Origin: Camelus ferus
Taxonomy: Eukaryota
Length of the DNA: 64,000 nucleotides
Assembly: GCF_009834535.1 (NCBI RefSeq)
Contig: NC_045696.1
Span: 34,226,001 to 34,290,000, forward strand
Reading direction: 5' to 3'
Positions 51,991 through 64,000 of this stretch are shown in pieces (the first letter of the stretch is position 1; every line of letters begins with the position of its first letter). Below the pieces are notes generated by a model that had not been told where the DNA came from, searched no databases, and saw only the letters and a list, made by a program, of their open reading frames with translations. Made by a program: the position numbers and the translations under genes.

Positions 51991-54604
51991 ACTTATGTAT
52001 TACCAGAGGGATTCTTTTATTCTGCATGGGTCTGGACCTTGGCAGAAATTCTGTATAAGAGTTTGAGTTTTGTTCTATGTGTTTTTGTTCCTTTCCCTCC
52101 ATTCCAGTATGTTTGATGCTAGGAATTTACCATGCTATCCTTCCCATGAGTAATTGCAATTGAAAGGAGGACTTCTGCATGAAGGCATTGTATAATCCAC
52201 AAAGACTGCCTTATTGATGGAGATACATCAGGCATTGTGGACTTTGCAGGGTACGGGAAGAATGAGGTATTGTTTTGGCTGCTAGAATCTTACTGAGTTC
52301 TTACAGGACATATTTAGAAAGGCCTACTCCTCTTTATCATAGGAAAACCGGATGAATTTGGGATGTGATACACAGGTTGGGAAACTATTGATGCAGAAGT
52401 GACATCTTCATACAGACAAGCATATCATTATGTTTATCATTCAATGTCCAGAGGTTAAAAAAACTACTCTTTATTTTCCCAGCATGTCACTACTGTGAAG
52501 TGAGTAGTTGGCAAGCTCTGAGGGAAAGAGACTGGAGAGGTTCATATTTTACTCTCTGCCTTATCTAAGTGGCTACAGGTTAGCCTCAGTCAGACTGACT
52601 GCTTTTCAGTACCTTCCTAATTCACTCCCATCAAATCAAAAACCTAGGGAAGCCAGTCATTTGAGAAAAGAAAATAGAAGGCCTTACTTACCTCTATAGC
52701 TAGGGAACAACTAATTGGTTAGTAATGTTGATCAATACAATGGACATGATCTTCATGGAAATATAATCAAATAATTGATAATTTTTAGCACCTACTGTAT
52801 GCAAGGCTGTATACTATGCCCTGTGGATAATTAAAAGACATATCAAAGATTGACACCTACTGGGGGAAATAGTACTCATTTATACTAACCAAAGTAATAA
52901 TACAAGGTGGCATGTAATAAAAACTAAATTAAACAATGGGCTAGAATATGAGCACAGAGTAAATATTGAATGTTAAGTAGAAAACGTAAATATAATTCTA
53001 TCCAGAACATGCTTACAACATGTATATTTCATTTCATTCTAAAGAATCACTTAACTTCCTCAAAGTTTTATTTAGTCTGCATTTCAGAGCATGAATATCA
53101 CATTTTACATCAAATATGCTGCTACTTGACTATAATGAGACAAACAATAATATTTTCAAAAGTTAAAGTGTACTTACAAAATATTGATTAAATATTATAT
53201 CCTACATTCCCACAAACATATTTGGAGATTACAAAAGAAAACAGAAAATGAGCCTAATGGCAGGCTGCAATGAATGGGGGGAGAGAGGCTAAACATGTTC
53301 AACACCATAAAGAGAAACAGAAAAAAAGATAAGAAAGCCAGCAGCAGTCTTTCTGATGACAAATATAGAAATGATCTAGTGAAATTCTACCAAAATTAGA
53401 ATTTCAATACACAAATGAACTTGGAATTAAGAATTATGTTGCTGAGGAAAAGTTAGACACTAAACTATTAATTGTTTTTGGACAAAGATGAAAAAATGTT
53501 TAAAGTGATCATTAAAAAGAATAAAATAAAATAAAACTATCATGTTTAAACATTTAAGTGTTACAGTTAAAAGATGCTAAACAAAATATTTAGGAATGTA
53601 AAGAATATAATACTGTAACAGGGAAAAACAATCTTCTGAAGAACAGCAAGAATGCATTCAGAAGAACTCAGAAATAAGCAATTAAAATAACACTAATTAC
53701 TAAGCTAATCTATGTTCTAATTTTTCTAATTTCAATACTTTTAAGGAAAATCACTAGTAAATGTCATTTCTCTATAAAAACAAAGAAATTATCACATTGA
53801 TTTGTTCTCATATACCACCCGAGAGTATGATTTTCTTGAAAGCAAGGGTCTTTTATCATTCATTATTGTATCTTTACCTCTCAAAATAACTGAGGCATAA
53901 CTGAAAATATTCTTGCTATTTTTACAAACACTGTTGGAAACAGAAGACTGGCTAGTTTTCCTTTCTGAAATTAACATTTTGGATCATACATATCCTAGCT
54001 TCTCTTGATTGATATAATTTAAAGTCAATTTATTATTTCTCCTTATTTCATTTTATAGGAAAATAGAAACAGATTAAACCTTTCAGTGAATTATCATTCC
54101 CATTTAGTTGGCCAACTTGCCTTTGAAAGTCACCTTCATTCTACTCTTTAGAGATTAGGCTTGTTCTTCTTGGAGGTGTTTTGTTTTAGTTTGTTTTGTT
54201 TTTAAAATAATTTTCATTAGTCTCATTCTAACCTAAAGATCCCTTATCAATTACCTATAACCATATAGCAACATTTTCTCCACTCCAGTTTCTTTCATTT
54301 ACCCTTCTCTGGTACTACTTTGCTACCAAGATAATCTGGGCAAAATAATTAAAATACAGACATTTTAATAAAAAGTAGGGCATAAATTTACTTTTAAACC
54401 AATATTCTTCTTGATTATTCCCAAATGTTGTAGGGGAATTACATACTTTAATGTATTCCACGAATAAAATGTCAAATGTGACTCTGGCTTTAAAAATTGT
54501 GTAATCAAAAAATTATGGAAGCATTAAAAAGAATTTGGAAAGCTTTGTGGGGGAGGTGGGTACTAAATGGAGCTTTTAATGATGGAAATGGTATGCATGG
54601 TGTT

Positions 54605-54770
54605 TAAAGCTTTAGTTTTGTAAAATGGAGGTGATAGTACCTATATTATGGACTTATTATCAGGATTAAATAAAATAATATCTGTGCTTAGCTCACTGCC
54701 TAGCCCATTGGTCTTTAAGACAGTGCCTGGCACATTCATGGCAGCCTTAGGATAATTGATGTTTGTGGTG
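54605..54770 (+). mobile_element. MIR SINE (3' half)
   Basis: TGTAAAATGGAGGTGATAGTACCTAT...AGGATTAAATAA...ACAGTGCCTGGCACAT. Confidence 0.7.
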
Positions 54771-55234
54771 GTGGTAAGAGCAATAGTCAGATTTGAGGAA
54801 AAGTATTCCATATGTATGCAGAAACCTAAGAAAACGTTTTGAAAGCAGGAAAGTGTTCAGGTTAAGAAACAAAATATTTTGTTCCAACACATTATAGAAT
54901 AAACTTATTCATTCAACAAATTAGAATTTGCCTCTAAGTAGACTTTAACTACCACTATATTAGAAAAGTAATAACATCATGGTATAATGCTTCCTAAATG
55001 GTATAATTGAAAAAAAAAATAGATAAATATCCAAAGAAAAGAAAAGTCATTGGGATCATCCTTAAATTTACAACAAAATAGCAGTGTAAATAGCTTGTAT
55101 CCCAGTCCACAACCATTTATTTTCTTCATAAATCAACAGTAAAGAATTGTTTATCCAGCCTGTTAGGTTATAACACCACTGTATATTCAGGAAGGTGTTC
55201 ATTGTGATCCAAAAGAAATTGTGTGTGTGTGTGC

Positions 55235-55375
55235 ATTCTGCAAAATGGGGATGATAATAATAACTCCCTCTTTATATGTTTATTATAAGGACTAAGTGAG
55301 TTAATAACTATAAAGTGCTCAGAACAGTGTCAGAAACAGTAATTTTTTCTATAAATATTTACTGTTATTTATGAT
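55235..55375 (+). mobile_element. MIR SINE (3' half)
   Basis: CTGCAAAATGGGGATGATAATAATA...AAGGACTAAGTGAGTTAATA...AAAGTGCTCAGAACAGTG. Confidence 0.75.
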
Positions 55376-55982
55376 GTTGTATTAAATGTTGATTAAATGG
55401 ATCCCAAACTTTCACATGATCATAAGCATATAATCAACTGCATACAATTTTTATTGAAACATTTGCAATTATTTCATGGTCTTTTGGTATCACAGATAGA
55501 ATTTAACTTTGTTTTCCATGCTATGAGTATTTCTATATTTGGATTTACTGGAATGTGATCTCTGCCCATTTAAACTCCACATATACTTCAAGGTACACCT
55601 AAAAGCTACCTTTTCCATGAAATTTTTTATGCTTCCAACCCTAACATCCACCTCAACCACCATCAGTAGCACAATGTCATTCCTACCCTTTGGAGAAAAA
55701 TCTATTCACTCAACAGTCTCATTCAGTTTTCTTTGCCCTTTTTCCTCCTAACTTCATTAGAAAATTGCTTAGGGTCAGGGATCTCTTATCTCATCTTTGT
55801 ATGATGATCTTTATATTCATGAGTAGAGAAAACTTTGTACACTAAAGGTGCTCAATAAAACTTTTACGATTAATATAATTAACAGTTGACACTGAGGAAT
55901 AGTAACTGAAACAACAATAGCCAAATTAAATTTTCACTAGCAGGGAGCAGGTTTTAATTAGAAAAAAACATGATAGGCCATC

Positions 55983-56354
55983 TTTTATGGACTGAATTGT
56001 GAACCCCCAGTATGTTGAAGGACTAACCCTCGGTACCTCAGAATGTAATCTTATTTATTGATAGGGCCTTTGAAGAGGTAATTAGGTTAAATGAGGTCAT
56101 CATATGGGTGGGCTTTCATCGCATATGACTGGGGTCCTCATAAGAAGTGAAGGAGATACCAGGGATTTGTGCACACAGAGGGGCAACCATGTGAGGACAA
56201 AGTAAGCCAAGGAGAGAGGCCTCAGAGGAAACCAGTCCTGCCTGTACGTTGATCGTAGATCTCCAAACTCCAGAACTGTGAGAAGATAAACTTCCATTGT
56301 TTAAACCATCCAGTCTATGGTACGTTGTTATGGCAGGCCTAGAAAATTAATACA
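55983..56354 (+). mobile_element. MaLR solo LTR (MLT1A/B-like)
   Basis: TTATGGACTGAATTGTG...TCCAGAACTGTGAGAAGATAAA...GTTATGGCAGGCCTAGAAAATTAATACA; perfect 5-bp TSD CCATC (55978-55982 and 56355-56359). Confidence 0.92.
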
Positions 56355-56451
56355 CCATCTAAATAACCTTTTCACTAGATCTATAAAATTAGTCAGTGTC
56401 CTCAAATGAGATATAAAGTAAACAAAGCACAAGCATTTTAGTTAGCCTTAC

Positions 56452-56620
56452 TTTTATGGGTTGAATTATGCCCTGCCTCCCTAATTCACATATTGAAGTC
56501 CTAACCCTCAGTATCCCAGAATTTGACTTTATTTGGAAATTCAGTCATTGAAGATGTAATTAGTTAAGATGTTATACCAAAATAGGGTGGTCCTCTAGTC
56601 CAATATGACTGGCATCCTGG
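56452..56620 (+). mobile_element. MLT1 LTR 5' fragment
   Basis: TTATGGGTTGAATTATG...ATTGAAGTCCTAACCCTCAGTA...CCAATATGACTGGCATCCT. Confidence 0.8.
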
Positions 56621-57970
56621 TAAACTAAGAGATGGGATTTCCTTCTGCCCCCACCTTAAACCTCCCATCTTGCCTTAATACCACTGAAAGCATTTTTCAG
56701 AAGTAAGTGGTAAATGTGGCCTTATGAAATAAGAAAGAAAGGAAAAGCAAAATCGACTGGTCACATTGCTTTTGTCCTGGCTTTTGCTGAGCACTTTCAA
56801 AGAACACAATTGTAACTGATTGTGAAAACTTTACATAATAATTCAACCTAATCTTAAAAGGGGCATTTGCCTACTCATTGACAGAACATTGAACTGATGG
56901 GTGAATAGGTAGGTGAACGAGTAAATGCCTAACTATAAAATGTGTTTATGGAAGCAGGCTGGCTAACCATGACCATCAGAAAATACTTAGATATTCTCTC
57001 TGAGAATCAGGGATTCTGATATGTTCTATGCACTTTCTGTAAAAAAGCTCCTTGTTGGCACTAGCCCCTTACAAGAAGCCCTAGCAATGTGTTCCCATAG
57101 TCAAACACTTTCAGTAGCATTTTTGGAAAAGTAAATTGTACTCTTTTTTCTTAAAGAAGGCCTTCAAAATTCTGTAAGCTTCTGGATCTAACGCTGTCTG
57201 CCGGACAGCAACATTCATACTCCCTGTCAAAAGTGTGGGCTTGGAACTTCCTGGTTGTAGCTTCAGGGGAATGACAGTGCAGAACCTAACTGGGCTAAGC
57301 TAAATTTTGGCCCCATTAAATGCTGATGGGCTCACTCATGGGTGGCAGAGAGGAAAAAGAAGTGCCAATTTTTCAAGCACTGCCCAGAGACTGACAGTGG
57401 ACTCTCTATGATGCCATTAAAGTTTTTCACACCGAGGCCACATACTCTTTCCCGTAGTTATTTATACATTGATGTTGCCGACTTCACTTCAACTAAATAG
57501 TATATGTCAGAAGAGTCCAAGGATAGAGATGATAAATTGGGAGAAAGAGGAAGGGAGAGAATTTTTAAAGTAAGAAAATTGTATGGGTAAAAAAATTTTT
57601 ACAGGGAGAAATCAATTGATGTCTGAAAATAAGATTTATCTTAGAGAAATTATAATGTGCATTTAAAACTCAATTCCCTTTTAAAATATATTCCCTTTTT
57701 GAAAAGCTTAAAGAATTAATTTCAAAACATGTTGGAAAGACATGAAAACTGAAGAATAAGAATACTCTCAATATGTGTGACAGAGTTAAAGAGATGCAAT
57801 GATGAAAGAAAAAATTTGAACTCCCATTTTAATCCTCATGTTCCTAAAGTCAATTAAAGCCATTAAAAGTGAGGAAAAAACTATCTTACTTGATATTCCT
57901 TTTTTCATTTCAGTAAGTTATGCAAAAGGTTGAAAAATGCCCTATTTTTTTAATGCCACCAATTGTCCTA

Positions 57971-58197
57971 TTATCAGAAAGCCATTATCTGCTGACCTAA
58001 CATCTGAAGGTGATAATCAACCTGCCACCAGTGTGATAAATTAGCTCTTGTTTATCTATTTATGGTAGTTACTGACTGCTTATGGACTGCTGCTGATTTT
58101 CAGCCAAATGCTTATCAGAACCTGTTTTAATTAAACCTAACACTAGGACTTAATTACTGATAATATTTTAATTAAAAAATTTTAAATCTCATGATAA
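57971..58197. promoter_or_regulatory. Candidate enhancer: cluster of 8 WGATAA motifs
   Basis: WGATAA/TTATCW at 57971, 57985, 58011, 58034, 58052, 58112, 58158 and 58192, in DNA with no recognisable repeat; function untested. Confidence 0.45.
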
Positions 58198-59464
58198 AAA
58201 TCTTTGGAAAATTCAACACACAATCAAAGCATTCCATAATAATTGCTAGATCTTGGACTATGAGTATTAAGTTTAAAAATCATTTTAAAAATTGTATTTA
58301 TCTTCTCTACTTCTAAACTCCACCTCCACTCCAAATCCAGAAAACTCTACTTGCTTTTCTGTTCTTTCTCGATTTTCATAAAGGAATAAGATGACATTAG
58401 ATGATGCATCTTTCCTTAAATATTTAATACATATTTGAAATATGTCTTTCAAAGTAGTCTTTGGGTATTAATCTATTCTTCTTTGAATCTGAAGCATATA
58501 TTTTTCTGATGAATCATTGTGGCTTAAACTGAGTATTTAGCTGTTATATTTACATGTCCGTAATTCCCAAAGAAGTTCCAAGAGCACTTTAGAATGTGAT
58601 CTAATTTGATAGTCAGAAGTTCATCTCTATAAGTGGTAACTGTCCTTCAGTGAACAACAAAACAGTCTATTGGATTTATTGCTTTTGATTTTATAAACTG
58701 AAAAGAAAGGCTGTCCTACTAAAATATATAATTTAAATAACTAGTTTTTCAATAATATGCTGGCTAGTGTGTACAATAAGTACACTAAATTCTTTGGCTA
58801 ATGCCTGATATTAATGAGAAATCTCTTAACAATATATTTGTTATTTAAATCTCAGTTTCTGACAGACCTGTACAACAAGATAGGAGCCAGTATGATAAGA
58901 TGTCCTTACGTACACAATAAAGAAATCAAAATTTTCAGTCAATGGGTTGCAACTTTCTTTGTTTCTGTTAGGAATAACTGATAATCAGGGAGTGGCAGAA
59001 GTGCTCAATTTTCAGAAGGTTGCACCTGTGATTTCAGCTGCTTTGGGTCAATGGCAGGCACTCAAGTTGAAATTGCAGAAGCTATAAAACTGCTGACAGC
59101 AGAAATCAATTTTTTTGTCCTCGCATTCCAGAGTGAGTGCATCAGGAACAGGGTTAACCAGCTGCACACCAGTCCACAGACACTGCTACCAGTTGGAGCC
59201 ATAATATTCTAACACTCCTTTTAAATTTTGCCATTAATTTTTCTTTGAATAATAATAGTTGCCTTTTACTGAGTGCTTACTGTGAGTCAGGCATCATACT
59301 AGAGGTTTCACACGTTATTTGTAGTTCACAGATGAAGGAAGTGAAGCTCCCAGGAGATACATCTTCTGCCCAAATCCGCAAGCCCCTTCCCTATCTACAC
59401 AGTGATTTTAATTGGCATGTTAGATTAGAAACCACATTGTACTATTATCCTTCTCCGCATGAGA

Positions 59465-59600
59465 TGGTCCCTGAACCAAGCAGCAGGGCCTGGGAGCTTG
59501 TAAATCTCAGACACCACCCTAGACCTACTGAATCAGATTTTAACAAGTTCCTCACAGGAGTCATATGCACATTCAATTCACAAAGCATTACACAATGCTC
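59465..59600. mobile_element. MER5A-type MITE
   Basis: CCTGGGAGCTTGTAAATCTCAG...CCCTAGACCTACTGAATCAGA...TTTAACAAG. Confidence 0.75.
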
Positions 59601-59986
59601 TATTTTATTGGGGGGAAAAAATCAAGAGACCCTGATAGATATCCTTTATCTTGCCAGTGAATTAAAATAAATGACTTACTTATAAACATTTACAAAAATT
59701 TTCAGCAGTCACATTTTCAGGTGTATAAGTAATGTGTGAATTAAGAGAAAGTGCTTGAGGAAAGCAGCATGTTAGAGAGCATTGCTAGGAAGTACGGCAT
59801 ATCAGATTTGTTCTAATCAAAATTCAAAGATGTTTCATAATTTAATGGTCAAATCTCAACACTATGCATTTTCCAGCAGAAATAATTACAGTAACAGTCA
59901 TATGTTTTATTTAAAAATCAACTGAATGTATTCATGTTTTGTTTATCCAGCCATCTGTTCAACAGATATTTGCCAAATGCATACAA

Positions 59987-60139
59987 GAGTGGGTCCCAAA
60001 TTTTGCTATCATCAGAATCACCTGGAGGGTGCAAATTGTCAGGCCCCCACCCCCAGAGTTTCTGATTCAGTACATTTCTAACAAATACTCAGATGATACT
60101 GATGCTACTAGTCCAGGATCTACACTTTTAGAACCAGTG
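59987..60139. mobile_element. MER5A-type MITE inserted in an L2 (minus) remnant spanning ~59920-60700
   Basis: ATCAGAATCACCTGGAGGG...CCCCACCCCCAGAGTTTCTGATTCAGTA...ACACTTTTAGAACCAGTG. Confidence 0.85.
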
Positions 60140-61369
60140 GCTTTGAAGATGGTAGGCATTATACTAGGCATTTGGAAGATTATAATGATGAATTAGGTAC
60201 TGTTTCTTTCCTCTAGAAATCTACACTCATGTTGAACAGCTATAGTGAATATACAAATATGTATAAGAGAGAAAGTGATCATGTAAAGGGAATTACAAAA
60301 TAAATACTACCAATGATCAAAACATGGATGGATATATTACTTCCAGATGAAAGACTGAAGTGGAATTTGGGGAGGAGTTCGTGTTGTGCTTGCAACCAAC
60401 TGTGGGTAGAATCTGTTCTACTAGAATTTTATAGGAAAGAATTCAGATAAAGAATCATTGAATAAAAACTAAGATAGAGAAATACATGAATATAAAATAG
60501 AAGCAAACAGATGGTTGATTCATCACAGTTTTTGAGAATGGGAAAAAAGAAAATAAGATTGGAAAAATAGGTTACAGACAGAGTGAAGAGTGAAACTAAG
60601 TGCTTTGGACATTTATTATAAGAAACTGAGTGGTAGTTAATATTTTAAAAGAGTAGAAATATAATCACTTCTGTGTTTTAGGAAGTTTAATCTAGAAATT
60701 CCCTAAATTCCTACACCTGACATGTTCCAAAAGTAGAATTATAAGCACTGTTGTCCTGACCTCCAAAGTTTCACTTTCCATTCCTTCATTTTCCAAATGT
60801 TTTAGGGAAAAGGAAAAAAAGTGACAAAATGGTAACTAAATGTAGCAAGTTCAAGGGCAGGTTACCGCAGAGATGCTAGATAGATAGATGATAAACAGAT
60901 CAGAAGATATAGGAGATTAATTGTGTTTCTAAACTGAAGAGAATGAAAAGGAAAAAATTCATTTTTTCATCAAGGGAAACTTGATGAGGTGTAGTATTGA
61001 AAAGGACAGGAAAGAAGATCGTGGCACTAGTGGCTGGCTGAGCTATGGAGAGGAAGTAGCTCATTCTCCCACTTCAATAGGAGGAAAGCAGAAGTCAGTA
61101 AGTGAAGATACGGATCATCTCTACCGCGTAACAGACACAGAGGTAAAAGGTGTATAGAACTTCCAGTAAGGTTATTTATCTGAAGAGGTCTCCTATTCTT
61201 AACAAAGTACAGCAGAGGATATTTAGAAAGGACAAAGAGGAAAGTGTAAGAATTAAAATACTGAGGAATTTAGAGGATTTAAAATAGAGATGTTTCCAAT
61301 GGAAGAGGCCAACTAGAACTTATTTGTACCATTTTTTCCGCCAAACAAGAAATTGTGTTCTTACAATTC

Positions 61370-61625
61370 AGGTATTAGTTTAAAATATCACCTTCTAAAA
61401 TATCAGATTCCATACCCACCAGTCTATCTCCCTGACTTCCATCACCTTGTTTTATCACACGCTGTCTTGTTTATTCAGTTGTTTGCTATCTCCCCACCAT
61501 TACTAATTTATATAATCCAAGAATGTAGATTCCTTGTCTGTATTTCCCACCACATATACCCAGTGCCTAAAACAATGTTTGGTATATACACTAAGCCCAA
61601 AAACTTGTTAAATGAATGAATGCTA
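61370..61625 (+). mobile_element. L2 LINE 3' end
   Basis: CCCAGTGCCTAAAACAATGTTTGGTATATA...TTGTTAAATGAATGAATG. Confidence 0.75.
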
Positions 61626-61851
61626 TTTTATACATTTGCCATATAACTGAGAAATCCTAATAAAGCATTCTCAGAAGTTGGAGATTGGGATAACCTGGGA
61701 CTAGAGAGTGGTGGAGAGTGTAATTAATGCAAAAACAGGTGGATATTTAGAGCATAAGAGCTATATCATAGAAATAGCTGATGTGGGAGCCAGAGTCAGT
61801 CAGATAAGAAATGCTTGCTAGAAGAGTAAAGATATGAAAGGTACTTTTAGA

Positions 61852-61992
61852 GTCGTGGTTCTTAAGGTATAGTCCAGGGCCAGCAAGATCAGCATCACTT
61901 GGGCTGAGGATTACTGAATCAGAAACACCTATATATTTTAACAAGCCTTTCAGGTCATCTGTTTACAAGCTTAAGTTTGAGAGCCATGGCTT
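61852..61992. mobile_element. MER5A-type MITE
   Basis: GTGGTTCTTAAGGTATAGTCC...CAGCATCACTTGGG...TACTGAATCAGAAAC...TTTTAACAAGCC...AAGTTTGAGAGCCATG. Confidence 0.8.
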
Positions 61993-64000
61993 CAGTGGTG
62001 AGCATAGTGCCTAATGACAAAATTACACTTAAAATTGTTTTATGTATATCATGAATAAATTCTATGCAAAGCATATATTTCAGAATTCCCCCTCTGTTGA
62101 AGGACAAAGCTAGGTGACTACTTACTTCCTGAAGGCCATATTCATGCATCTATAAAGTAGGGCTCAGAGTGTATCAGTACTGACAACCTCCCAATCTTGA
62201 TAGTAAATCTCAGAGCTTTTACTCTACATTTATTCCACTGTAGGTTAATACTTAAAGTGGAATTTCTTCAAATCTGCTCTTTTTATTCCAAAATAATTCA
62301 TTGCTCTGCAAACTGCAGTCATCTTCATTAGCTAAGAACTCACAAGCTCAGAAGCTGAACTAAACTTCATTGCATTTTCATGGAGATAAAGTTGTCACAG
62401 ACATCATTTATCTCTATTACCTTGTACTTTTCAAGGAAGATTTGTGCAGTGCGTCTAACTTTTTCACTTGAAAATTGCCAGAAGAACCACCCTGTAATGT
62501 TCCAAGAGAAAAGAAGAAATGGAATTAAATGAACACAGAAATATCAACCTTAATGCCTGGAAATCAGACATACATTCCCAGGACCTTATCTAACAGGTAT
62601 TGGAAGTTTTATTAAAATCCCCTGCCAGGGTAGTATGGCTTTGCTGTCCAAAAAAGTCTGCTTAAGATTCTTAACAGCTTTCCAAATAACCTACATTGCC
62701 ACCACAGATGAAATATCTCTGCCAGGCACATCAGACTGATGGGAAAAAACCATAAACAAGTGCCAAATTGCATTCCCTAATGAATTCTCTTAGCATACAA
62801 ATCCAGAGAGAGCAGCAAATTGAAATTTAAATTGGTGCCACGACTGAGGCAGATAACCAGGGGGATGGGAATTAGAGGTTGGAAGTGTCAGATAGGGATA
62901 GAAACAAGGTAACTATTCTAATGAAAGATCTCATAAGAGAGAGACCCGGTCACAGGTAAGAGACTAAACACTTCATGGAAAAAAGCTTCATTCAGTGTAA
63001 ATAGTTGGAACAATGAGGTAGATGGATGAAATTTCACAGATACTTTTAATCAGGTTGTTAAGTCAACTTTGCTTATGGGCAAAACTATATGATCCTAAAA
63101 GACTACACTTACAGTAGCTCAGATTTACAAAATATAAATAATCCAAATTATCTGGAACTTCCTCTCTCTGTATTTGAGGAACTTCCTCATGTTTTGTTTG
63201 GAGATGGTTGATTGACTTCTGCAAGAGAGGATTTGAGTTAATCAGAGATGGCCCCATATCCTTGCCTAGGATATGTTGAAAAATTTGAAACAATAAGGCC
63301 TTCAGAATATGCTGACCTGAACTGAAGAGAGTGAAAATGTTAAGACGCACTGTTGTATACTCCGGTGTCTGCTACATAAACCTGGCTTTAGCATACATTT
63401 GTTAGAAGGCTAAATAGGTATTGATTCTAACCTTATTATTTGACCAGTGTTGTATCTATGACCATCACTCACCTATGTAGTAGGCTGAAAAACAATATAT
63501 TCTAAAATAAGCATTCTACACTTTTTTAAATGAAGATTTGTTAATCACTCAGTCACCAACCATGAGATTTGCAATATATTTGGAATGCCATGTTCTTCAT
63601 TATTTTTTTACCTGTATATCTATCTATGATAAAATATTTAATTACCTTTCTAATATAATTTTCTTCAAAGAACATCCACTCTTTCAAATTCATCTCTCAA
63701 AAAACTAAAAGCACCTAAAATTCAGTGTTAAATGCTAATATTTTTGTTGCATTTATGAGACATTCTTCACATGTTGAAGCCCTAACTATTATGACAACTT
63801 GTAATCCTCACTATTTGGCTTTTCTTGGATGGAGAGAGAAGAAAGAGCTGGATGCTGAATTTGTCTGGTTGGCTTACAATGGCCACAGATGTTGATGCTA
63901 ATAATACAACAGTATGGCATGGTTAGTCATCTAAATGAACTAACATGAATACAAATTACTTTACCAAGTAAAATTAAGTGCAATTCTATATGATATAGTG

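Noticed and set aside
52085..52270. Strong plus-strand acceptor (TTTGTTCCTTTCCCTCCATTCCAG at ~52108)
   Set aside because: Only weak donors follow and the frames close quickly; insufficient evidence for an exon.
59245..59670. 141-aa plus-strand ORF
   Set aside because: Stitched from MIR and MER5A remnants; non-ATG start.
63063..63371. Minus-strand ORF with a possible donor at 63112
   Set aside because: Weak acceptor, unrecognised peptide, length within chance expectation.

Overview
AT-rich, CpG-poor mammalian non-coding DNA (intergenic or deep intronic). It is very probably camelid: a tRNA-Ala-derived vic-1-type SINE sits at ~47.0 kb, and the young L1 3' ends are of cetartiodactyl type. I can support no host protein-coding gene, RNA gene or CRISPR array. 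The ORF track is almost all chance ORFs or decayed L1/ERVL fragments. The window is a mosaic of L1, L2, MIR, MaLR/ERVL/ERV1-type LTRs and Tigger/MER DNA transposons. Points worth follow-up: (1) a CpG-rich, apparently young solo LTR at 16961-17646 with TATA, Sp1 and YY1 motifs and a 7 x 9-bp E2F-like array; (2) a composite retroposon at 27683-28489 inside a 12-bp direct repeat, made of a polyadenylated antisense-L1-derived element joined to an old L1 3' end (possible 3' transduction); (3) a dense GATA/T-box/MEF2-like motif cluster at ~58.0 kb; (4) an L1 that keeps both ends but lacks its RT core; (5) several micro-rearrangements. Repeat subfamily names come from my recall of consensus sequences, not from a database search, and boundaries of old repeats are approximate. 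I found no convincing novel multi-gene system.
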